Shown piece by piece: positions 56,586 through 64,000 of a stretch of 64,000 nucleotides of DNA. Under the pieces are notes generated by a model that worked only from the letters and a program-made list of their open reading frames with translations, had not been told where the DNA came from and made no database searches. Made by a program: the position numbers and the translations under genes. Every line of letters begins with the position of its first letter. Position 1 is the first letter of the stretch. The DNA is taken from positions 1,408,001 through 1,472,000 of the forward strand of contig CAWHIJ010000003.1 in the NCBI GenBank assembly GCA_963829525.1, written 5' to 3'. Origin of the DNA: an uncultured Actinomycetota bacterium (GTDB lineage: Bacteria > Actinomycetota > Actinomycetes > JAHEKZ01).

Positions 56586-57125
56586 TCACGACTGCTCGGG
56601 GCGGATCTTCATCAGGTACGTGACCGTTGGCTTCATTCCGCGCTGCAGATAGAAGTCCAGCGCCCGGTCGTTCCCCTCCAGGACGGCCGTGAGGGTGGTT
56701 GCCGCGCCCCGGCGCCCCAGCTCTGCCTCGGCTGCGTCCATCAGTGCAGTGCCAACACCCTCACCGCGGACGTCTGCGGCCAAGATCAGAGTCTCGATCT
56801 CACCGATCCGGTCGCCGGTGTCCCACGTGTCGTCGGCGCCGAGTCGGATGTGGCAGAGCGCATAGCCGACGGGCTCGCCGCCGCGTTCGGCCAGGACTAC
56901 GAATGTGTCGGGCTCGGTGAAGAGCTCCTCGTAGAGCCGCCGTCTGCGGGGCCAGGACCGCTCCCGTCCGATCACCGGAATACCGGCATCGCCGACGGAC
57001 CGATGATGGTCGAAGAGGTGCAGCCAGAGGGGCTCAAGCAGGTCGATCACGTCGATCCCGCGGAGTGTGAAGGCAACGTTGCCATGCTCCCCGAGCGAAC
57101 CGCCGTCAGGCGTTGCTGCCCTCAT
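56586..57125 (-). CDS. GNAT-family N-acetyltransferase
   Basis: PVGYA, GEIETL...VRGEGVGTALM, GNDRALDFY; start uncertain. Confidence 0.85.
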   Translation of the reverse strand: MRAATPDGGSLGEHGNVAFTLRGIDVIDLLEPLWLHLFDHHRSVGDAGIPVIGRERSWPRRRRLYEELFTEPDTFVVLAERGGEPVGYALCHIRLGADDTWDTGDRIGEIETLILAADVRGEGVGTALMDAAEAELGRRGAATTLTAVLEGNDRALDFYLQRGMKPTVTYLMKIRPEQS

Positions 57126-57135
57126 TGGACCCGGA

Positions 57136-57849
57136 CTAGCCGCGCATACTGCGCGCCTGCTTGGCGCTGCGCGGCATCGGGCCTTTCGGGATCGGCAGAG
57201 CGCCTTGCTGGGCACCAAGGGCCTTCAGCCTGTGGTTGAGTTCGTTGACTTGGCCCGCGGTGATCGACTTCGGCAGCTTGGTGACCGCACGTGGCAGCTT
57301 GCGCAACGGGACCTCGCCCTCGCCGCTCCCGGCGAAGAGCTCGTGGACGGTGATGTCGGGGGCGACGCGCGCCACCTTCCGCTTCTCCTGGGTCAGCAGG
57401 CCGCGTACGCGGTTGTGGTTGCCTTCCCCCACCAGGACGACTCCGGACCGGCCGACCACACGGTGGACGAGGTCTTGCTGCTTGGTGAAGGCCACCGCAG
57501 GGGTAACGGTCCATCCGCGACGCAGCATGTTGAGGGAGGCGGCTGCGGCACCTGGCTGTCCTTCGATCTGACCGTAGACGGCGCGCTCGGCACGTCGACC
57601 GAAGACCCAAGCGGTGAGGGTCAGCCCAGTCATGAGCCCCAGGAACCCGAGGACGACCGGGTAGCCGACAAAGACACCGATGCCCAGCAGTACGAGGAAC
57701 GGCAAGAAGAAGCAGGCCATCAAGATCCACGGGATTTTGGGGTCGGCCTTCTTGGTGATGTCATACGTCTGCTTGATCTGCGCGAGGCGTCCGGGCTTGT
57801 CGGGCTCAGCCGGATCCTGATGCTTTTTCTTCCGGTTCCACAGTGCCAT
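57136..57849 (-). CDS. DUF4191 membrane protein
   Basis: YGQIEGQPGAA, QDLVHRVVGRSGVVLVGEG, IPKGPMP; follows lipA. Confidence 0.9.
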   Translation of the reverse strand: MALWNRKKKHQDPAEPDKPGRLAQIKQTYDITKKADPKIPWILMACFFLPFLVLLGIGVFVGYPVVLGFLGLMTGLTLTAWVFGRRAERAVYGQIEGQPGAAAASLNMLRRGWTVTPAVAFTKQQDLVHRVVGRSGVVLVGEGNHNRVRGLLTQEKRKVARVAPDITVHELFAGSGEGEVPLRKLPRAVTKLPKSITAGQVNELNHRLKALGAQQGALPIPKGPMPRSAKQARSMRG

Positions 57850-57932
57850 GGGGGAAGCCTACGGCCCGGCGACTGTCAGGAGGCTGCGCGGGTCAGCGAA
57901 CACCAACCGCGTGATGAGGGGGAGTGTGGGGA

Positions 57933-58865
57933 TCACTGCCGCGAGTCTCTGGCGTCGATGGCCTGTTGGTAGAGGCGTCCGGCACGGTAGGACGACCGCA
58001 CCAACGGGCCGCTCATCACCGCGACGATGCCGCGGTCGATGGCCTCCCGACCCAGCGCGTCGAACTCTTCGGGCGTGACCCATCGCGATATGGGGTGATG
58101 CCGCTCGCTCGGCCGCAGGTACTGGGTGATCGTGAGCAGCTCGCATCCGGCGACGACAAGCTGGTCAATCGCCTCGAGGATCTCGCTCGGCTCCTCGCCG
58201 AGGCCCAGGATGAGGTTCGACTTGGTGACCATTCCCGCTTCGCGAGCGGCGGTGATGACGTCCAACGACCTCTGGTAGCGAAAGCCCGGACGGATGCTGC
58301 GAAAGATACGAGGGACGGTCTCGACGTTGTGAGCCAACACCTGCGGGGCAGACGCAAACACCTGCGCAAGTAGTTCGGGGTCACCGGAGAAGTCGGGGAT
58401 CAGCAGCTCGACGCCGGTGTCGGGGTTGAGCGCGTGGATCTGGCGCACGGTCTCGGCGTAGAGCCAGGCGCCCTCGTCAGCGAGGTCGTCGCGTGCGACG
58501 CCGGTGACGGTGGCGTACCGGAGGTTCATGGTGCGGACGCTCTCGGCCACGCGCAGGGGCTCGCCGGCGTCCAGCGGCTCAGGCCTGCCGGTGTCGATCT
58601 GGCAGAAGTCGCAACGGCGCGTGCACTGGTCACCGCCGATCAGGAAGGTGGCCTCGCGGTCTTCCCAGCACTCGAAGATGTTGGGGCACCCCGCTGCTTC
58701 GCAGACGGTGTGCAGGCCTTCGTCCTTGACGAGTTTCTTGATCTGCTGGTACTCCGGGCCGGTCCTGAGCTTGGTCTTGATCCACGGGGGCTTACGCTCG
58801 ATTGGCGTCTCGGCATTGCGCGCCTCGATGCGGAGTAGCTTTCGACCCTCGGGAAGGACGGTCAT
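57933..58865 (-). CDS. lipA: Lipoyl synthase
   Basis: [40 protein letters not shown]. Confidence 0.98.
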   Translation of the reverse strand: MTVLPEGRKLLRIEARNAETPIERKPPWIKTKLRTGPEYQQIKKLVKDEGLHTVCEAAGCPNIFECWEDREATFLIGGDQCTRRCDFCQIDTGRPEPLDAGEPLRVAESVRTMNLRYATVTGVARDDLADEGAWLYAETVRQIHALNPDTGVELLIPDFSGDPELLAQVFASAPQVLAHNVETVPRIFRSIRPGFRYQRSLDVITAAREAGMVTKSNLILGLGEEPSEILEAIDQLVVAGCELLTITQYLRPSERHHPISRWVTPEEFDALGREAIDRGIVAVMSGPLVRSSYRAGRLYQQAIDARDSRQ

Positions 58866-59539
58866 CGGGCAGCCACCGCCGCAGTCGTCAACGTCGGCAA
58901 GTGCTGCTCTAACACCGGGAGAACATCAGCGACGCTCAGCGACGAGAGCCCGCGGCGCTCGCGCTCGATCGAAAGGGTCGTCACACCGGCGTCGACAATC
59001 CCGCATGGAACGATCACGTGGTAGGCGTCCAGGGAATTGCAGACGTTGAGTGCGAACCCGTGCATGGTGACACCGCGCGCGACGCGGACGCCGATCGCCC
59101 CGAGTTTGCGCTCAGGTCCGTGATCGTCGGCCGGGATCCAGACACCACTGCGTCCGCCGATACGCACGGTGTCGACGCCCACGTCATCGCAGACATCGAT
59201 CAGCACCTGCTCGACCCGCCGGACATATTCGACGACGTCGATGGGGTCCCGCAGCCGCGTGATGGGGTAGCCGACGATCTGGCCGGGCCCGTGCCAGGTG
59301 ATGCGTCCACCCCGGTCAACGTCCACCACCGGTGTGCCGTCGGTCGGACGCTCCCATGAGTTGGTCCGTTTGCCGGCGGTGTACACGGGCGAGTGCTCGA
59401 GCAGCAGGACTGTTTCAGGCTGCGCCCCGGCGACCACGTCAGCATGCAACTGCTGCTGCCGCGTCCAGGCCTCGTGGTAGTCCACATAGCCTTCACCGAG
59501 TGGTGGGCCGAAGCCGGCACGCACAACCGATAGCGACAT
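58862..59539 (-). CDS. lipB: Lipoyl(octanoyl) transferase
   Basis: [42 protein letters not shown]. Confidence 0.97.
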   Translation of the reverse strand: MSLSVVRAGFGPPLGEGYVDYHEAWTRQQQLHADVVAGAQPETVLLLEHSPVYTAGKRTNSWERPTDGTPVVDVDRGGRITWHGPGQIVGYPITRLRDPIDVVEYVRRVEQVLIDVCDDVGVDTVRIGGRSGVWIPADDHGPERKLGAIGVRVARGVTMHGFALNVCNSLDAYHVIVPCGIVDAGVTTLSIERERRGLSSLSVADVLPVLEQHLPTLTTAAVAAR

Positions 59540-59623
59540 GAGTCCAGACTACGTCGCCGGGCGGCGAGCAGGCTGCTGCCCTAGATTGCTCATGATCACT
59601 TTCGCGTCCAAGGGAGCTCTTGC

Positions 59624-62128
59624 GTGTCCGATTCAGCGCCACAGGGGCCAGACGCGTCTTCAGCCCACGAGATGCACGCCAGGACGCGGCATGCCCGCGC
59701 CTGGGTGTGGGGAGCCATCGTCCTCATCATTGGCTGGTTCATGCTGGGCAGCGTTATCGGGCCGGCGGCTGGACAGCTCTCCAGCGCACAGGAGAACGAC
59801 AACGCCACCTTCCTGCCCGCTGACGCCGAGGCGACCAAGGTCATCGAGAAGCAGAAGCTGTTCGCCCAGGAATCCACCTTGCCTGTGGTGGTGCTCTTCG
59901 TCAGCGACGCCCCGACCTCCCCAGAGCAGCAGCAGGCGGTAGCTGGCTTCGTCGACGAAGTCCCTTCGCTGCCTGTCACGACCGACACGGACGTCACAGC
60001 GCCTCTCTCGGACTTCCTCTCCTCGGCGCCAGTCACCGCCGTGCCGTCAGAAGACGGTCAGGCGATCCTGGTGACCGTCTTGCTGTCGGAGGACAAGACC
60101 ACCGAGGCGCTGCCGAACGGTGAGTCGCCGGTGCTGGCCGTCGTTGACTCGCTCTCTGAGGCGGCAACGGATGCTGCCGATCCGGTCGGGCTGGAGAGTT
60201 ACGTCACAGGTCCCGCCGGGCTGCTCGCCGACTTGATCTCGGTCTTCGGTGCCATTGACGGAACCCTGCTGTTGGCTACCGCGCTGGTCGTCACCTTGAT
60301 CCTGGTTCTCGTCTACCGGAGCCCGTTCCTTTGGGTGATCCCGCTCGTCAGCGCAGGTTTTGCCCTGTCGCTGGCCAGCGCGGTGGTCTATCTCCTGGCC
60401 AAGAACGACGTCCTCAGCCTCAACGGTCAGAGTCAGGGGATTCTGACCGTCTTGGTCTTCGGCGCGGGTACGGACTACGCGCTGTTGACGGTGAGCCGAT
60501 ATCGCGAAGAGCTGCACTACTACGAGCGCCCCGTGGACGCACTTAAGGCGGCATGGCGCGGCACCGTCGAGCCGATTCTCGCCTCAGGCGGCACGGCGTC
60601 ACTCGGACTGCTGATGCTGCTCTTTTCCGAGCTGAACTCAAACAAGTCGACGGGCCCTGTTGCGGCGGTCGGAATTGCCGCCGCCCTCGTGGTCATGCTG
60701 ACGCTGCTGCCGGCTCTCTTGCTGGTGCCGTCCGCGGCGCTTCCACTTGCTGCCTTCTTGATCGTGGTGATCCCTGGAATCTTGCTGGAACTGATCTTCG
60801 GTACTCCGCTCCTGCCGTTCGCCGCGGTGGGCGGCGTGCTCGCAGCCCTGGCGCTGATTGCGGTCATCGTCGGGGGGCTCTACCGACAGTTCAGCACCCC
60901 TGGCAGTCGTCGGCGGCTGTTCGACGTGGAGCCAGTCCGGTGGGCCTTCTGGCCACGCGTGCCCAAGCTGGACACCAGTGACGACAAGCTCTCGGGCGGA
61001 TGGGCCAAGGTCAGCCGCCAGATCGGGCACCGTCCGCGGGTGGTGTGGATTGGTGCGGCTGCCGCCCTGCTGATCCTGGCCTTCTTCAGCACTACCCTGA
61101 ACGCGTCCGGAATCGCCACGACTGACCTGTTCGTCAATGAGGTCGACTCGGTCACCGGTCAGGAGAAGCTGGCCGAGCACTTCCCGGCAGGGGAGGGAAG
61201 CCCCGCGACTGTCATCGGTCCGGCCGACTCGGTGGAGGAGATGACCGCTGCCTTGTCCGAGCTCGACGGCGTCGCGGCCGTTGTGCCCTACACCGGCGCG
61301 CCAACAGGGCCGCCGCCTGAGGACGGTGCGCCGGTCGCGGCCCCGCTCCCGCCGTTGGTCGTCGACGGCCTCGTGCAGCTCGACGTCACCCTCACCGATG
61401 CTGCCGATTCCGACGCGGCGGAACAGACGGTGGTCGAGATGCGTAGCGTCCTCGATGACGTCGCTGGACAGGACGCTTTGGTCGGCGGAACCACGGCGGT
61501 GAACTACGACACGCAGCAGGCCAGCATTCGCGACAACAAGGTCGTCATCCCCCTCGTGCTGCTGGTGATCTTCGTCATCCTGATGATTCTGCTTCGTGCG
61601 ATCTTGGCCCCTGTGCTGCTCATCGGCACCGTTGTGCTGTCGTACTTCGCAACCTTGGGGCTGTCGGCGATCGCGTTCGACCTGCGTGGCTTCCCTGGAG
61701 CCGATGCTTCCTTCCCGCTGTTCACGTTCGTCTTCTTGGTGGCGCTAGGAATCGACTACAACATCTTCTTGATGACGCGCGTCCGCGAGGAGTCGCTGCG
61801 GCTGGGAACGAGACCGGGTCTGCTGCGGGGTCTGGCCGTGACCGGCGGCGTCATCACCAGCGCAGGTGTGGTGTTGGCCGCGACCTTCCTTGTGCTCGGT
61901 GTGCTGCCGTTGGTGGTCTTGCAGCAGATCGGTTTCGCCGTTGCCATCGGTGTCCTCATCGACACACTGATCGTGCGCTCACTGCTGGTGCCGGCGCTCT
62001 CGTATGAGATCGGCGGCAAGATCTGGTGGCCGTCCCGGTTGATGCGTCAGCCGGACGCGAGCATTGCGGAGCAGGAGGCGGCTGGCGTCCCGTACATCCG
62101 CGAGCCGGAGCACACGTCGTCCACCTGA
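59624..62128 (+). CDS. MMPL-family (RND superfamily) transporter
   Basis: YVTGPAG, VYRSP, FGAGTDYALL..SRYREEL, VALGIDYNIFLMTRVREE, TGGVITSAG. Confidence 0.94.
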   Translation: MSDSAPQGPDASSAHEMHARTRHARAWVWGAIVLIIGWFMLGSVIGPAAGQLSSAQENDNATFLPADAEATKVIEKQKLFAQESTLPVVVLFVSDAPTSPEQQQAVAGFVDEVPSLPVTTDTDVTAPLSDFLSSAPVTAVPSEDGQAILVTVLLSEDKTTEALPNGESPVLAVVDSLSEAATDAADPVGLESYVTGPAGLLADLISVFGAIDGTLLLATALVVTLILVLVYRSPFLWVIPLVSAGFALSLASAVVYLLAKNDVLSLNGQSQGILTVLVFGAGTDYALLTVSRYREELHYYERPVDALKAAWRGTVEPILASGGTASLGLLMLLFSELNSNKSTGPVAAVGIAAALVVMLTLLPALLLVPSAALPLAAFLIVVIPGILLELIFGTPLLPFAAVGGVLAALALIAVIVGGLYRQFSTPGSRRRLFDVEPVRWAFWPRVPKLDTSDDKLSGGWAKVSRQIGHRPRVVWIGAAAALLILAFFSTTLNASGIATTDLFVNEVDSVTGQEKLAEHFPAGEGSPATVIGPADSVEEMTAALSELDGVAAVVPYTGAPTGPPPEDGAPVAAPLPPLVVDGLVQLDVTLTDAADSDAAEQTVVEMRSVLDDVAGQDALVGGTTAVNYDTQQASIRDNKVVIPLVLLVIFVILMILLRAILAPVLLIGTVVLSYFATLGLSAIAFDLRGFPGADASFPLFTFVFLVALGIDYNIFLMTRVREESLRLGTRPGLLRGLAVTGGVITSAGVVLAATFLVLGVLPLVVLQQIGFAVAIGVLIDTLIVRSLLVPALSYEIGGKIWWPSRLMRQPDASIAEQEAAGVPYIREPEHTSST

Positions 62129-62175
62129 CGACCCGGGGTTTGTTGCGCGGACGCGGGTGAATGCGTCGTTCCTAG

Positions 62176-62913
62176 CTAGAGGGGGCCGGGTGGGAGTGGT
62201 GTCTCGGTGATGCCGCTGGGATTCTCGGGGGTTCGCTCGACTCGGTAGGCCATCGGGCCGCTCTCAGCTGTAGCGGAGCGGTCGATGATTACCTCGATCG
62301 GCTCGGTGCCCTCGTACAGGATGCCCGAGTAGTCGTCGGTGCAGTAGGTGGTGCCGAGCGTGCCGTCGGCCACCAGCGACTGAACCAGGGGACGGCGCTG
62401 CTCCTCGGAGTCGTAGTGAACGCCGTTGGAGTACGGCAGGAGGCCGAGACCGTTGGTGACGGCCCGTAGCTCGGGCCCGAATGAGTCGGTGGTCCCTCCG
62501 GTGTGCCAGCAGATCGACCCTGCGCTGACCCCGCCCAACACGACGCCGCGCTCCCACGCGTCACGCATGACGATGTCAACGCCATGCAGTTTCCAGCAGG
62601 CGAGCAGGTTGGCGACCGAGCCGCCGCCGACCCAAACTGCGTCGCTGGTCCCGAGCAGCTCGGCTGGATCGGCGTTCGGCATGGGAAAGAGCTCGAGGTG
62701 CTGCAGGTCGACGCTCCACCCGCGGAAGGCGGCGTACGACCTGGTGAGATAGCTGCGGTCATCGCCGCTGGCGGTCATGACGAAGGTCAGGCGCGGCCGG
62801 TCTTTGCCGGTGAGTGCGAGCATGCGACGGATCGACTCGCCTGGCTGGGGCGCCGTGTAGCGGTCGCCGGCGACGAAACCGCCCGAGGTGGCCATGATGC
62901 GGCGGGTCGTCAT
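62176..62913 (-). CDS. Peptidase E (S51) family protein
   Basis: TASGD, WVGGGSVANLL, GVSAGSICW, TTDSFG, GVHYD. Confidence 0.9.
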   Translation of the reverse strand: MTTRRIMATSGGFVAGDRYTAPQPGESIRRMLALTGKDRPRLTFVMTASGDDRSYLTRSYAAFRGWSVDLQHLELFPMPNADPAELLGTSDAVWVGGGSVANLLACWKLHGVDIVMRDAWERGVVLGGVSAGSICWHTGGTTDSFGPELRAVTNGLGLLPYSNGVHYDSEEQRRPLVQSLVADGTLGTTYCTDDYSGILYEGTEPIEVIIDRSATAESGPMAYRVERTPENPSGITETPLPPGPL

Positions 62914-63998
62914 GTGAGCGCTCCTCGGTAGCTGAGTACAGCCTGTGCGGTGCGTCTGCCCGACACCATGGCACCTTGAATCGACGAGCTGTCCCGGTGA
63001 TCGCCGGCTACGAAGAGCCCATCGCCCAGAGAGACGGGCTGGCGAAAGTCGTGCGGCGGTGCCATGGCGGGTAGTGCACCGGCGATCCGCGAGACCCCAA
63101 CCGTCTCCCAACGCGCGGTGTTTGTGCTGTAAAGGTCAGCGAGGTGCTGCAGAACGGAGAGTTCATCATCGGCGCGACCGCCCACCCCCAGGACGGACGA
63201 CGCGATGAGTGCGCGTCCGGATGGGGCGTAGGAGGGCGCTGCGTGGCTCATGACGACGGTGTTGACTACCGGGCGCGCGTTGTCGCTGTCGACGCGCAGC
63301 ACCGGACGTCCGCCAGAGATACCAAGGTCGTCCGTCGAGTGGTACCACGTGGTGACACCGTTCATGGCAGGCACCGCGACCTGGGGAATGAGCTGGGACG
63401 CGGTTCGCGGGTCAGTGGCAACGATGATGGCATCGGCCCGGAGATCACCGTCGTCGGTCGTCACGCACCCGGTACGTACTTCGCGCACAGGGCGCTGGAG
63501 TTGAAGGACGCCATCGGGCAGGTGGGCCGCCAGCTGCACAGGGATCTGCTGCATGCCTTGGGCTGGCACTGACGGCGTCCCGCGTACGAAGGTGCGCAGA
63601 ACGACGTCGAGAAATCGCCGCGATGTCGCGAGATCGGACTCGAGGAACACTCCGGCGAGGAAGGGCCGGAGAAACTCATCGACTGCCTCAGGGGCGACGC
63701 CGGCGGTGGTGAGCGCTACGTGCGCTGAGGTGTCGATCTGGTGGGTCAGCTCAGTGGTGCGCGTCGTTGCGCATCGGTGCAGGTAGCGGGCGAGCGCGGC
63801 TCGCTGCCGCAGCGAGCCCAGCGGCGCACGGAGCGCGTTCACCGTCCAGCGCGGGATCTCGCGTGGGTCGGCCAGCTTGACGTCACGGCCGCCGTGGCGC
63901 AGGACAACCCCTCGGGTGAAGGGGCGCAGCCGCAGAGCCTCGTGATCGAGCTGCCGGCGTCCCTCGGGGTAGGCCGGGTTGTAGAGCTGGAATCCGCG
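62910..63998 (-). CDS. FAD-dependent oxidoreductase (flavin amine oxidase family), 5'-truncated by the window edge
   Basis: RGFQLYNPAYPE, FLRPFLAGVFL, VAGDHRDSSSIQGAMVSGRR. Confidence 0.87.
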   Translation of the reverse strand, partial: RGFQLYNPAYPEGRRQLDHEALRLRPFTRGVVLRHGGRDVKLADPREIPRWTVNALRAPLGSLRQRAALARYLHRCATTRTTELTHQIDTSAHVALTTAGVAPEAVDEFLRPFLAGVFLESDLATSRRFLDVVLRTFVRGTPSVPAQGMQQIPVQLAAHLPDGVLQLQRPVREVRTGCVTTDDGDLRADAIIVATDPRTASQLIPQVAVPAMNGVTTWYHSTDDLGISGGRPVLRVDSDNARPVVNTVVMSHAAPSYAPSGRALIASSVLGVGGRADDELSVLQHLADLYSTNTARWETVGVSRIAGALPAMAPPHDFRQPVSLGDGLFVAGDHRDSSSIQGAMVSGRRTAQAVLSYRGALT

Positions 63999-64000
63999 GT

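Noticed and set aside
1-64000. Intact prophage, IS element, recognisable defence system or secondary-metabolite cluster
   Set aside because: No structural phage genes, transposases, cas or restriction-modification genes, or PKS/NRPS/RiPP motifs recognised; the many remaining overlapping ORFs are typical high-GC shadow frames

Overview
High-GC actinobacterial (Actinomycetota) chromosomal segment with the conserved core backbone aceE - DUF3052 - ahpE - tRNA-Val - Nif3/zinc-ribbon/RNase H-phosphatase - yaaA - rnpB - map - npdG - panB - nadE - glnA2 - glnE ... glnA1 - RDD - DUF4191 - lipA - lipB. Accessory DNA sits at three places: a small islet after tRNA-Val (about 6.4-8.7 kb, with a degenerate copy of the tRNA 3' end), an otsB-GH15-otsA trehalose cassette coupled to nadE, and a roughly 21 kb variable block between the convergent glnE and glnA1 genes that ends in a decayed tyrosine integrase abutting the glnA1 3' end. 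The most notable unannotated signals are: a hairpin with two bulged adenosines next to the panB ribosome-binding site, resembling the pan RNA motif; a complete mini transcription unit for a 20-aa lysine-rich microprotein; a histone-H1-like protein with six tandem 51-bp repeats; a dispersed set of DosR/DevR-like boxes; GlnR boxes at both glnA genes; and a CsoR-family operator before a rhodanese lipoprotein. Four small-indel frameshifts in housekeeping genes are probably assembly errors. All calls come from motif recognition by eye; no database searches were run.
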